Shown here: positions 8,256 through 17,969 of the stretch, in pieces
How the letters are laid out: each line of letters starts with the position of its first letter
Numbering within the stretch: the first letter of the stretch is position 1
IMG/VR virus record: IMGVR_UViG_3300022602_000036
Coordinates: 85,160-149,159 of that record
Length of the DNA stretch: 64,000 nucleotides
Reading direction: 5' to 3' (one strand)
From: a virus
Position numbers and translations under genes: made by a program
The notes under the pieces: model-generated
What the model was told of the DNA's origin: nothing
What the model saw: only the letters and a program-made list of their open reading frames with translations
The model's database searches: none

Positions 8256-8801
8256 ATGTATAACTTTATTAAATGGACATTAAACGAAGGCAAGGAGCCT
8301 AAAACACTTACCCAAACTCCACTGCCTTATGATCGTGGTGCTCTAGGTAAAAGTCTAAGCAAGGCCACATTAGACTATCACTATGGTAGCCTATACAAAG
8401 GCTATGTTGATCGCTACAACAAGGGCGAAGGTGATGCAGACTTCAACGAAGCAGGCGCTTTCTTACATGACTTATACTTCACACAATTCCGTGCGCCAAA
8501 AAGCTCAAATCTACCCGTAGGTAAAAGTCTAGAGTTAATCAATGAACATTTTACAAGTTTTGATAAATTCAAAGAAGCTTTTGAAAAAGAAGCTATGAAG
8601 ATACAGGGTTCAGGGTGGATCTATCTTTCATACCGTGGCGAGATTAAAACAATTAAAAATCACGAAGTTAGACGAGATATCGCACTGTTAGTTGACTGGT
8701 GGGAGCATGCATGGGCTCTTGACTATAAAGCAGATAAAAAAGGCTACTTAACTAATCAATGGAAAATCATTGATTGGGACATTATTAATCAAAGGATCTA
8801 A
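8256..8801 (+). CDS. sod: Fe/Mn superoxide dismutase
   Basis: LPYDRGAL, DYHY, FLHDLYF, QGSGW, DWWEHAW: all four metal ligands present; ATG 8256. Confidence 0.93.
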   Translation: MYNFIKWTLNEGKEPKTLTQTPLPYDRGALGKSLSKATLDYHYGSLYKGYVDRYNKGEGDADFNEAGAFLHDLYFTQFRAPKSSNLPVGKSLELINEHFTSFDKFKEAFEKEAMKIQGSGWIYLSYRGEIKTIKNHEVRRDIALLVDWWEHAWALDYKADKKGYLTNQWKIIDWDIINQRI

Positions 8802-9560
8802 ATGCGAACTCCTCTTGTACTAGTTGGTACACGATACAACATCTTACCTTTATTAGAAATAGCTGAAGCAACTAATTACGAAGTAATTGGAATTTTAGAT
8901 CGTTTTTATGTAGGACAGAAATTTGAAGGTATAGATGTTATAGGATCTGATCTAGATCTACTAGACAAAGAAAATCAAACCATACAGGATCTTATTAGCA
9001 CAGCTGAATTTTTTGTCTGTACCTATTTTCCAGGTTATACCAATACCGATAATCCCAACGAAAACACATTCTTATTAAGATTGCAACGCATTGATTTAGT
9101 TAAGCGTGCTGGATGTCAGTTGGCGAATCTAATACACCCCAAAGCAGATATCAGCAAATATGCCACTGTTGGTAAAAATACGCTAGCACTGTTAAACTCG
9201 TATGTTGAGCCTAGATCCACCGTTGAGGATTTTTGTACCCTTATGCAAGGAGTTGGTATTGGGCACAACAGTATTGTAGGGGAAAATTGTTCATTCTCTG
9301 GTGATGGTGGAGTCGCAGGCAGTGTGACCATGGGCAAAAATGTCTACGTAGGTGTTAACGTTCGTATATTAAATACCATGGAAAAGAATGTCACAGTAGG
9401 TGACAATGTTATTATTGGCCCAGGACTAATAATTATGAAAGACATACCTGCAGATACTATTGTGTATCCAAATGGTAAAATGGTTCCTAACTGTGATTTT
9501 GATCCAAAAAAATACGAAGGGAACGGAATATTCCCTTCGTACCAGCGACTAACTTCTTAA
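8802..9560 (+). CDS. NeuD/PglD-like sugar acetyltransferase (left-handed beta-helix)
   Basis: Rossmann-like N-terminus, NLIHPKA, hexapeptide repeats IGHNSIVGENC. Confidence 0.85.
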   Translation: MRTPLVLVGTRYNILPLLEIAEATNYEVIGILDRFYVGQKFEGIDVIGSDLDLLDKENQTIQDLISTAEFFVCTYFPGYTNTDNPNENTFLLRLQRIDLVKRAGCQLANLIHPKADISKYATVGKNTLALLNSYVEPRSTVEDFCTLMQGVGIGHNSIVGENCSFSGDGGVAGSVTMGKNVYVGVNVRILNTMEKNVTVGDNVIIGPGLIIMKDIPADTIVYPNGKMVPNCDFDPKKYEGNGIFPSYQRLTS

Positions 9561-9562
9561 AC

Positions 9563-10609
9563 TTACATCACTTCAATATCAGCAGTGGCAATAGGGAATA
9601 GATCAACTCTATGCTTGCGTTCTTGATTGTATTCGTCTTGTGCAAATGGTAGGTATTCACCTGCTAGTTTATCATAATCAAATTGTAAACGTAGACCTAC
9701 TCTGTCAGGTAAACGTCCCTTTGCAGGTTCAATTAGTCTACGATGTAAGGTAATTGAATTATCAAATATCATAAGGTCACGATCACCTTTGTACCAATGA
9801 TCATACATGTACTCTGGAACAAAAATACCTTTTTTAATAGTTTCAAATATCTTTGTGCTTTCTTCTCTAGACATGCCCTCAATATAGTCAAGCGTGGTGA
9901 TGCCTAAGTGAATACCTTTTACCCCACCAGGGCTAGTAATAACCAACGGTACTTTCATATCTGGCTCAGGGCATTGGTTTTCTTTATAAAATGCTTCTTG
10001 ATCTGGTACTACTTCTGGGTGAACTCCTTTTTCGTGATAGTTATGTACTACTACCATTTCATCTAGTTCACTGCGGAAACTTTCACTAAGTGATTCATAA
10101 TAGTCAGTGGTTGTACAAAACCCTGTAGCAGATCCTACGAAGTTTTCCCATCCCATCAAAGACACTCCAGGAGCAAAACTAACATCTGAACAGGCATTGC
10201 TGTGCCAATTCAACTCACCATCTCCAAAGATGCCAATAGATTGTCCACGACGATTTTTCTTAGGTGTTACGCGAACTAGTTGCATGTGCTTGTCAATTAA
10301 CCAACGGCGAGCATTTTGAACTGATTCCATTTCTTCTGCATTGAGCTCATTGTTGAATATTAATTCTTTCAATGGCTTTCCATATTTTAAATATAGATTC
10401 ACTGGACGCGGAAATCTTGGCGTGCCCCATTTTAACATTAGTTCATTATAACGTGGATAGTCAAGAGTATTACCGCGAATAATAGTAACTAATCCCTGAA
10501 GATGTAAATTGCCAATTTCCATCCATTCTTCGTCAGAAATGGTATTTAAATCTACATCATCAATAAAATGGCCAAACCTTCCCAGGCCAGGAATTTTAGT
10601 AATTTTCAT
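9563..10609 (-). CDS. TauD/TfdA-family Fe(II)/2OG dioxygenase
   Basis: G..IDDVDL, WHSN, GSATGFC, PLV, W..GD.L.IFDN.ITLHRR; GAGG RBS. Confidence 0.85.
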   Translation of the reverse strand: MKITKIPGLGRFGHFIDDVDLNTISDEEWMEIGNLHLQGLVTIIRGNTLDYPRYNELMLKWGTPRFPRPVNLYLKYGKPLKELIFNNELNAEEMESVQNARRWLIDKHMQLVRVTPKKNRRGQSIGIFGDGELNWHSNACSDVSFAPGVSLMGWENFVGSATGFCTTTDYYESLSESFRSELDEMVVVHNYHEKGVHPEVVPDQEAFYKENQCPEPDMKVPLVITSPGGVKGIHLGITTLDYIEGMSREESTKIFETIKKGIFVPEYMYDHWYKGDRDLMIFDNSITLHRRLIEPAKGRLPDRVGLRLQFDYDKLAGEYLPFAQDEYNQERKHRVDLFPIATADIEVM

Positions 10610-10644
10610 AAATTTTCCTCAAATAAATTTTAATTAGATTTTAT

Positions 10645-10752
10645 TGCTAGTGAGAAATCACACACGGAAGGCGTTCTAATTTAACAAATTAGTAAAAGGA
10701 TTATTATCCCAGGCGTCTTAGTTTTCCGACGTCGATGAATATCGGCGCTGCA
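10645..10752 (-). ncRNA. candidate structured 5' leader / riboswitch-like RNA of the TauD-like gene
   Basis: five short helices incl. CGGAA/UUCCG closing a junction; ATAAATA immediately upstream. Confidence 0.5.
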
Positions 10753-10755
10753 TAA

Positions 10756-11358
10756 TTATTTATGTTGTTTATAAACGCCAGCTAAATTATACATAGGTTC
10801 TGTGCCTAAGTTAAGCATAGCATAGTCATGTACACCTTCGTTTAGGCAATATGCATGACCCATTTTAGGTTCAAAGTATCCGCGGTTCTCAACAGCAAAA
10901 TACCTTTCAGCAACATAATTCAAAGGAATCCAAAATATATTAAATCCTGCATTGATAGAATCTGTAGGCATGTGATATCTATCTTCAATCCTGGTGTGAT
11001 TGTCAAAGAATCCCAAAGGATTCATTTTAATAATGCGTAGCCCCAGGGGAGTAATACCTAATTTTTCAATTGTTTCTTTAAAAATTACAGTACTACTATC
11101 CCACTCAACAGTACAGGGATCTTGGTCAAAACTAAAACTACCATTATGTGAATAAATTAATTTATACTCCATATTACCAATGCTGTTTTCTTTAGGACGA
11201 GTAAATACTGATAACTCAATAGTCTGACAGAGTTGATATAACATACTGGTTGTATCAGCATCAATGTCTGCTATAGGGCGCATGAAATCATTTTCAACTA
11301 ATGATTGATCTATTTCAGATAGCTTAGAAAAGAAATTATAAGTAGCAAGGCTAGGCAT
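10756..11358 (-). CDS. degenerate cupin / Asp-Asn beta-hydroxylase-like protein
   Basis: RIIKMNPLG, IFWIPLN, GHAYCLN, MLNLGTEP spacing; canonical HxD absent. Confidence 0.55.
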   Translation of the reverse strand: MPSLATYNFFSKLSEIDQSLVENDFMRPIADIDADTTSMLYQLCQTIELSVFTRPKENSIGNMEYKLIYSHNGSFSFDQDPCTVEWDSSTVIFKETIEKLGITPLGLRIIKMNPLGFFDNHTRIEDRYHMPTDSINAGFNIFWIPLNYVAERYFAVENRGYFEPKMGHAYCLNEGVHDYAMLNLGTEPMYNLAGVYKQHK

Positions 11359-11415
11359 ACTTGATATTTATTCTAATATATGCTATTATAATATAAATAT
11401 CTTAAAGGACCTAAT

Positions 11416-11748
11416 ATGGACTCATTTGTAACTGTAAAACCTGGTGCTATTGCTAAAGTTAAAGAACTCATAGCAGAAGAAAACAATCCTAATCTCAAAT
11501 TGCGTATGTTTGTTAGCGGTGGTGGATGCAGTGGATTCCAATATGGTTTTACTTTTGAAGAAGAAACCAATGACGATGATTGGAGTTTTGACTTTGATGG
11601 TGTTACACTAGTAATAGACAGCATGAGCAGTCAATATCTGCAAGGCGCTGAAGTAGACTATACAGAAAGTCTACACGGTAGTCAATTTAGTATTAAAAAT
11701 CCAAATGCGCAAACTACCTGTGGATGTGGTAGTAGTTTTTCAATTTAA
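11416..11748 (+). CDS. erpA: A-type Fe-S carrier (ErpA/IscA/HesB)
   Basis: [23 protein letters not shown]; TATAAATA at 11392. Confidence 0.95.
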   Translation: MDSFVTVKPGAIAKVKELIAEENNPNLKLRMFVSGGGCSGFQYGFTFEEETNDDDWSFDFDGVTLVIDSMSSQYLQGAEVDYTESLHGSQFSIKNPNAQTTCGCGSSFSI

Positions 11749-11757
11749 AGGGTTTCA

Positions 11758-12621
11758 ATGAGAATAGCACTTTGTTTTAGCGGGCAGAACCGCACAGGAC
11801 ATGTCACAGCAGAAAATATCAAACGTTATGTAGGCGACCTACTACCCGACTGTGATGTATTTGCACACTTTTGGGACAGCGAAACCCGCGGTACCAACTT
11901 TGCTAACCGTGAAGGTGCGGCCAGTACAGGTAATGATTGGCATGATGCACAACTGTCCAGCAAAGACAAATTTGTCAAATTCTACAGTGAATGGATGCCA
12001 CGTACTATCATGGTAGAAGAGTATGACCTACAGCCTAGCAAAAAACTTTGGGGTGGTCGTCGTTGGGATCCTGTAGCAGGCAAATATCAAGTCAGCATGT
12101 GGCGCAGTGTTTACGAAGCCAACAAGCTAAAAATGGACTACGCTCAAAAGAATCAGATTGTGTACGACTACGCAGTGCGATTACGTAGCGACATTGTATT
12201 TGATTCAAGCAAAAGTCTAGCAGAAGACCTAAAAGAAATTCCTAATAATCAAACCATGTTACACGGAGATCATTATCATGTTTGGGATTATGATGGACAT
12301 ACCAGAGTAGAAGATATCTTTTGGTTAGGATCTAGTTCTTTAATGGATCAAGTATCAACTTATTGTTTTGCTCATTCTAACACTGTAGCTAATATAGACG
12401 ACCCTACACAACCTGGATATGAAGATTGGCAATGGCATAGCTGTGCGTGGATTACCAAAACCCTAGGCTATAAAATCAACGCATTAACCAACAACATGAT
12501 GCGTATCTACACAGAACAGGATATAACTTCTGGCACTGATCCTTTAAACCCAGGATGGGGTCGTGCACCACTCTACGGTGCTTACAACGATAAAAACATA
12601 GAGAAAATCCGCCGTTGGTAA
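11758..12621 (+). CDS. putative glycosyltransferase
   Basis: MRIALCFSGQ.R, DVF.HFW, YDYAVRLRSD, D.FW motifs. Confidence 0.6.
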   Translation: MRIALCFSGQNRTGHVTAENIKRYVGDLLPDCDVFAHFWDSETRGTNFANREGAASTGNDWHDAQLSSKDKFVKFYSEWMPRTIMVEEYDLQPSKKLWGGRRWDPVAGKYQVSMWRSVYEANKLKMDYAQKNQIVYDYAVRLRSDIVFDSSKSLAEDLKEIPNNQTMLHGDHYHVWDYDGHTRVEDIFWLGSSSLMDQVSTYCFAHSNTVANIDDPTQPGYEDWQWHSCAWITKTLGYKINALTNNMMRIYTEQDITSGTDPLNPGWGRAPLYGAYNDKNIEKIRRW

Positions 12622-12622
12622 G

Positions 12623-12653
12623 ATAAATACTAGATAATTAAGAGGTCTAGTAT
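12623..12653 (+). promoter_or_regulatory. late promoter with overlapping start-occluding hairpin
   Basis: ATAAATA overlaps ATACTAGA, which pairs with TCTAGTAT(G). Confidence 0.65.
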
Positions 12654-12930
12654 GTCAATAACATTAGCAAACGTAAACTTAGGTACAGGTCCTGGTGCAG
12701 GCAATGGTGATCCATTACGTACCGCATTCAGCACCATCAACAATAATTTTGCTGTCATACAGGCCAATATCAACAGTCCAGGAGTAACACCAGTAACACT
12801 AGTTAGCCCAGGACCAACACACAGCAACAGTTCAGGATCTTCAGGACAAGTAGCCGTAACTGGCGGTAATTTATACCTTTGCATTGCTCCTAACACCTGG
12901 GTCAAAACTTCAGTTATCACGTCATTCTAG
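12652..12930 (+). CDS. virion protein with T4 gp9/gp10-like N-terminus
   Basis: VNLGTGPGAGNGDPLRTAFSTINNNF; C-terminal YLCIAPNTWVK. Confidence 0.75.
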   Translation: MSITLANVNLGTGPGAGNGDPLRTAFSTINNNFAVIQANINSPGVTPVTLVSPGPTHSNSSGSSGQVAVTGGNLYLCIAPNTWVKTSVITSF

Positions 12931-12982
12931 TTTCTTAACCCTAGATAAATACTACAATATAGGATTCTTCTAGGTTACAATT

Positions 12983-13657
12983 ATGACTATTACCACAGTA
13001 TCATTTAATACAGTAAACGTAGGTGCCGCGCCAAACGATGGCACAGGTGATGATCTACGTGATGCCTTTATCAAGGTAAACACTAACTTTTCAGACATTT
13101 CAACCATCGGGTTTAATGCGGCCAACATTTATGCTCCTTCAGGTACTGTGCAAGCTAGATACTTTATAGGCGATGGTAGCCAATTAACTAACTTACTAGC
13201 TAGTCCTAGCGCATACAGTAACGTCAACGTAGCCGCATACCTAACCACTGGACTGGTTACTACTGTTAATACATCAGGTAACATCCTAAGTGCTGGTGCA
13301 ACCCATAATTTATTAACTGTTAATGGGCCATTGATCACCGCAGGTGCTAGAATTGTTGCAGGATACCAATACAGCAACGTATTAGCTAACGTTGGTATTA
13401 CTATTGGTAACAGTGTAGAACGTTTGGTTTTAGATCCAACACAGGTTATCAGCGATTATGTTACGGTAATTTTACCAAGTGCTAACGTTGATGCTACTTT
13501 GGTCACAGTCAGCACAACACAGACAATCCAATTCCTAAATGTTGTAGCTAACCCAGGAACAACATTACTTAACAGTGGTAATATCACATTAGCAGCAGGA
13601 ACCAAAGCAGAATACTTCTATCATGCGGTAGAAAGTAAATGGTATAAAGTAGGATAA
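12983..13657 (+). CDS. baseplate/fibre protein with gp9/gp10-like N-terminus
   Basis: VNVGAAPNDGTGDDLRDAFIKVNTNF. Confidence 0.8.
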   Translation: MTITTVSFNTVNVGAAPNDGTGDDLRDAFIKVNTNFSDISTIGFNAANIYAPSGTVQARYFIGDGSQLTNLLASPSAYSNVNVAAYLTTGLVTTVNTSGNILSAGATHNLLTVNGPLITAGARIVAGYQYSNVLANVGITIGNSVERLVLDPTQVISDYVTVILPSANVDATLVTVSTTQTIQFLNVVANPGTTLLNSGNITLAAGTKAEYFYHAVESKWYKVG

Positions 13658-13660
13658 CAC

Positions 13661-16600
13661 ATGGCATATCCAGTCTGGATAACACCTGCAGGTAATTTAG
13701 GCATAGTACCTGAAGAAGAGTTCTATCAACTGCCTCTTGACGCATTTGATGCCGCAGGTGGGCAACTAAAATTTTTCCAAGTGTCAGGTACTCTTCCGCC
13801 AGGTATGCAGGTAGTATCTGATACGGCCAATTCTAAAGGATACGTACAGGGTATTCCAGTAAGCACAGCAGGCCCTGATCAAAATCAAGAATACTCATTT
13901 ACTGTGCGTGTACAGAATCTCAGTGATGGTGGCCTAGCTGATCGAAGTTTTACTTTAACAATCACCAACGTTGCTCCTCCTATTATTGTTCCACGTAATG
14001 TTGATCTTGGCACATACTTTGATGGTAGTTACGTCAACATACAATTAGAAGCACCAGAATATATTGTAGGTGCAATAGAAACTTGGACTGTTAAAACTGG
14101 TACACTACCTCCAGGGTTAACTTTAACAACATCAGGCCTATTGTCAGGATATCTGCAACCAATTCCAGCAAATGGCTACGCAGGTGAGCCAGGTTGGGAC
14201 GACACACCCTGGGATGATCTAGGCTGGCAATTTCCTCTAGGGTCAATTAGTAAAAACTTTGACTTTAGTATAGAAGTATTTGATGGTGCTAACTATGATC
14301 TAAGCACTTATAAGATGTTAGTAGAGCCACGTGCTTATCTGACAGATGACAGCACATTGCTGACAGTTGATGCTACAACAGTCAATGGTAAACCACTAAC
14401 CGTGGATACTGGTGCTAGACATTTTCCAATTATCACAACTACACAAGCTGACTTTGTTCCAGAACGTCAGGGTGGTTGGTTTAGCCAACAGATACAGGCC
14501 ATTGACCTTGACAGTGATGTTTTGCAGTATGTTATCCCAACACTAGACGCTGGGTCGTTTGATGAACAGAATATAGTCAGTGAACCATCATATATCGATG
14601 CAGTGGTTACTAATAACAGTATCACTGTGGGTACTAGCTCATTGGTTACTCCTACTATTGCACCATTGACCAACGGCACACAAATACAGGTCTTACAAAA
14701 CTACACAGACCCAGACTCAGAGCAAACTAGTCTAGTTTGGTACAATGCCACTGTTAATAATTATACCACAGTCCAATTGACTGGTAATACTATTGTTCGC
14801 GGTAATGTTGGTGACTACATCACACAGGCCAGCAGTGGCGCTAATGCCACTATCAGTAATGTTAGTACAACTACAGGTTTTATGACCTTGGGCGGAGCCA
14901 GCTTAACAGGAACTATTGCTCTAGCAGGCGGGGTACTAACAGCGACCAAAGGCAGTTATATCACACAAACTATCAGTGGTAATACTGCTAATGCTGTAGT
15001 AACTGGTAACGTAACCAATACCCTTGTTGTACCTGTGCAGTTTTTAACTGGCGGGTTTGTAACTACAACCAATAGCTATCTACAATTAAACGGCAGCAAT
15101 CTTACAGTTTGGCCATTAACAGTGACTATTTCACCAACTAGCGTAACATTCAATGCTAATATTGGTGACTATATCACACAACCTAGCACTGGTGCCAATG
15201 CTACTGTAATTGATCCGCATGGCACAATTGACACTGACGGATGGAGTTCAAATGTTGTAAACCCATTTGTTCTAGCTGTACAATATACGTCAGGCACGTT
15301 TAACGTTGGTGCAGGTAACATACAGATCAATGGTAGTAATGTCAGCATATATCCAACCAGCGTGAGCTGTGTAACATCAGTAGCGGCACAGTACAACTCA
15401 GCAAATGCGTTTAGATTAATCAGTGGCAGTTATGCTTATATTAAAGGTGCCAATACCCGTAGTATCCCAACTAGTATCACTAGCGTAGGGGTAACTGTTG
15501 ATGGTAGTCCAAATACACAAGGTGCAGGCTTTGACGCAGGATATTTTGATCAAGGTAGTTTACAACTACCATCAACCTTATCTTGCGATGTTAATTCAGG
15601 GTGGATCACTGGATCTTTACCTGTGCAGATAGCCAATGAAACAACTTATAATTTCTCAATTGAAGTTTACAAACGAGATTATCCAGGATACATTACCAAA
15701 CAACTATATACACTGACTATCTTAGGCGATTTGTACAACAACATTGAATGGCTAACCCCTAGTTATTTGGGCACTATTGAAAATGGTGCAGTCAGTGATC
15801 TTAGCATCACAGCACTCAGCAGTGAAGGTAAGTCAGTTTACTATACCTATACACCAGGAGCATATCTCAGCTTACCACAGGGACTAGAACTACAACCAGA
15901 CGGATTAATTTCAGGTCGTGTGAGTTTTGAGCTGTTTAGTTTAGACAATGGATACACTACATTTGATGTTAATAATGTTGCTGTAGCGAATCCCACTACA
16001 TTTGACCACACATTTAACTTTAGTGTTGATGCTATTGCCTTTGATCAAACTGCACGTGCTACGCAGACATTTAGTATTGTAGTCAGAGAAAGAAATACTA
16101 AACCATATGAGAATCTGTATCTCAAAGCATACTTAACTCCATACCAACGCAGAGAATTCCAAACTATCATGTTAGATTCTAGCGTGTTTCCGCCTGATGC
16201 AATCTACAGACACACTGACCCTTGGTTTGGTCGTAGTAAAGACATTAAAACTCTATTCCTAGCTGGGCTTAACCCTAGCACTGCTGCAGAATATGCTAAC
16301 GCAGTTAAAACCAATCACTTTGGTAAACGCCTGCTGTTTGGTAATGTAAAAAGCGCCGTGGCTAGAACTGACAACGTCTATGACGTAACAGACAATAACA
16401 CAGGCGCAGTAGTTGGTACTTGGAATCAAACTACTTTGGTTTTTGTGCCTACTGATTATAGTTTAGGCTACACTGTATCTAATCAAATTCCAAACGGCAC
16501 TACCATTGGTCAACAGCATATCAAGTATGATGTTGTTTATGTTGAAATCCAAGACGAAAATACTCCTCCTGTAGGACAAAATCGCGACAGTATCAACCTA

Positions 16601-17908
16601 ACAGGTGTTATTGCTAATCCTTACTATGACACAGCCGGTAACGCATTTATCATTGCTACACCCAATTCATTTACTAACCTAGATGATGCTGTGGTCAATA
16701 ACATTGGCTATGCTAACAAGGGTGCTTTGCCAGACTGGATGACCAGTGTGCAACCAAACGGCAAACAACTAGGATTTGTTCGCGCAGTGGTCTTGGCTTA
16801 TGTAGAACCAGGCATGGGCGACACTGTAGCTTGGCGTTTCCAACAACAGGGATATGACCTAAATGATCTCAACTTTGTTGTTGATCGCTACTTACTTGAC
16901 AACAATTACACTGCTAACTACGATATTACAGCCAATGCATTTATACCTAGCCGTGAAACTACATTTGATCGCTACCCAGCACTGAATACTATATTCACTG
17001 ACGTTGGCACAGTTGACTATGCAGTTAACACATCGTTTGAAATTATCAATGAACGCAGTGTGTTAGAAATCAACAGTAGTGGTGGCCTTGACGGTATTAC
17101 TTCATACTCTAGCGGACAAACCTTAGTGTTCTACCGTCAAGAATTTGGCACAACTGGTACTAACTCATACAATCAAGGCTGGAGTGATAGCCTAGCACCG
17201 TGGGATGGCCCAACGCCAGCCAGTGAGTGGGACTATCAAGGTTCAGAAGGTTGGGATGCTTCAACTTATGTACCAGGATACAAAGAATGGATTGACAATA
17301 GAGTTACCTCTGGAGTTACACACTATCCTACCTTAAACCAACGCATTGGCATTTGGACTGTGAACATTGACAGCAATGACTATGTGACTCTAACACCTAC
17401 ACTATTCCCTAGCTCAACTAGTAGCAGTATCACAGGCAATGTGTTGACTGTTGGTGGTACAGTTACAGCAACATTCTATGTAGGTATGGAAATATACGGT
17501 AATGCTATTGCAGGTGGCACTAGCGTGATCACAACTAATACATATATCACTAGTCAATTGACATCTGCTGAACCTGGTGGTTCCCTAGGAAAACGTGGTA
17601 CTTATCGTGTTAGCCAATACTACACTGTACCAACAGGCAGTATACAGATCTATCAAGATATGATCTATAACAATGCACTGTATGTACGCCAAGGGTACAC
17701 ACATGGTGGTACACACATTTATTATGACCCTGTGATTAAAACTGGTGCAACTTTACCAAATTACAGTGTTATTCCGCAACAGATTAAAACAGTCAATACA
17801 GAATTTGACGGAAATGGTACTAAATTCTATGACTACAGAGACAAATACAGCATACCAGAATCTGGTGATAGTTACGTAATATTCCCGCATCAGAATGTTT
17901 TTAACTAG
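13661..17908 (+). CDS. large virion structural protein with Ig-like (He_PIG/cadherin-like) domains
   Basis: WITPAGNLG, GTLPPG(M/L), LPQGLEL..DG.ISG repeats; internal YITQ...ANA repeats. Confidence 0.8.
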   Translation: MAYPVWITPAGNLGIVPEEEFYQLPLDAFDAAGGQLKFFQVSGTLPPGMQVVSDTANSKGYVQGIPVSTAGPDQNQEYSFTVRVQNLSDGGLADRSFTLTITNVAPPIIVPRNVDLGTYFDGSYVNIQLEAPEYIVGAIETWTVKTGTLPPGLTLTTSGLLSGYLQPIPANGYAGEPGWDDTPWDDLGWQFPLGSISKNFDFSIEVFDGANYDLSTYKMLVEPRAYLTDDSTLLTVDATTVNGKPLTVDTGARHFPIITTTQADFVPERQGGWFSQQIQAIDLDSDVLQYVIPTLDAGSFDEQNIVSEPSYIDAVVTNNSITVGTSSLVTPTIAPLTNGTQIQVLQNYTDPDSEQTSLVWYNATVNNYTTVQLTGNTIVRGNVGDYITQASSGANATISNVSTTTGFMTLGGASLTGTIALAGGVLTATKGSYITQTISGNTANAVVTGNVTNTLVVPVQFLTGGFVTTTNSYLQLNGSNLTVWPLTVTISPTSVTFNANIGDYITQPSTGANATVIDPHGTIDTDGWSSNVVNPFVLAVQYTSGTFNVGAGNIQINGSNVSIYPTSVSCVTSVAAQYNSANAFRLISGSYAYIKGANTRSIPTSITSVGVTVDGSPNTQGAGFDAGYFDQGSLQLPSTLSCDVNSGWITGSLPVQIANETTYNFSIEVYKRDYPGYITKQLYTLTILGDLYNNIEWLTPSYLGTIENGAVSDLSITALSSEGKSVYYTYTPGAYLSLPQGLELQPDGLISGRVSFELFSLDNGYTTFDVNNVAVANPTTFDHTFNFSVDAIAFDQTARATQTFSIVVRERNTKPYENLYLKAYLTPYQRREFQTIMLDSSVFPPDAIYRHTDPWFGRSKDIKTLFLAGLNPSTAAEYANAVKTNHFGKRLLFGNVKSAVARTDNVYDVTDNNTGAVVGTWNQTTLVFVPTDYSLGYTVSNQIPNGTTIGQQHIKYDVVYVEIQDENTPPVGQNRDSINLTGVIANPYYDTAGNAFIIATPNSFTNLDDAVVNNIGYANKGALPDWMTSVQPNGKQLGFVRAVVLAYVEPGMGDTVAWRFQQQGYDLNDLNFVVDRYLLDNNYTANYDITANAFIPSRETTFDRYPALNTIFTDVGTVDYAVNTSFEIINERSVLEINSSGGLDGITSYSSGQTLVFYRQEFGTTGTNSYNQGWSDSLAPWDGPTPASEWDYQGSEGWDASTYVPGYKEWIDNRVTSGVTHYPTLNQRIGIWTVNIDSNDYVTLTPTLFPSSTSSSITGNVLTVGGTVTATFYVGMEIYGNAIAGGTSVITTNTYITSQLTSAEPGGSLGKRGTYRVSQYYTVPTGSIQIYQDMIYNNALYVRQGYTHGGTHIYYDPVIKTGATLPNYSVIPQQIKTVNTEFDGNGTKFYDYRDKYSIPESGDSYVIFPHQNVFN

Positions 17909-17969
17909 GTACAAAATGCTATAAATACACTTGTAGTCTGATAAATAAACACATAACGAGAGATTTTAA

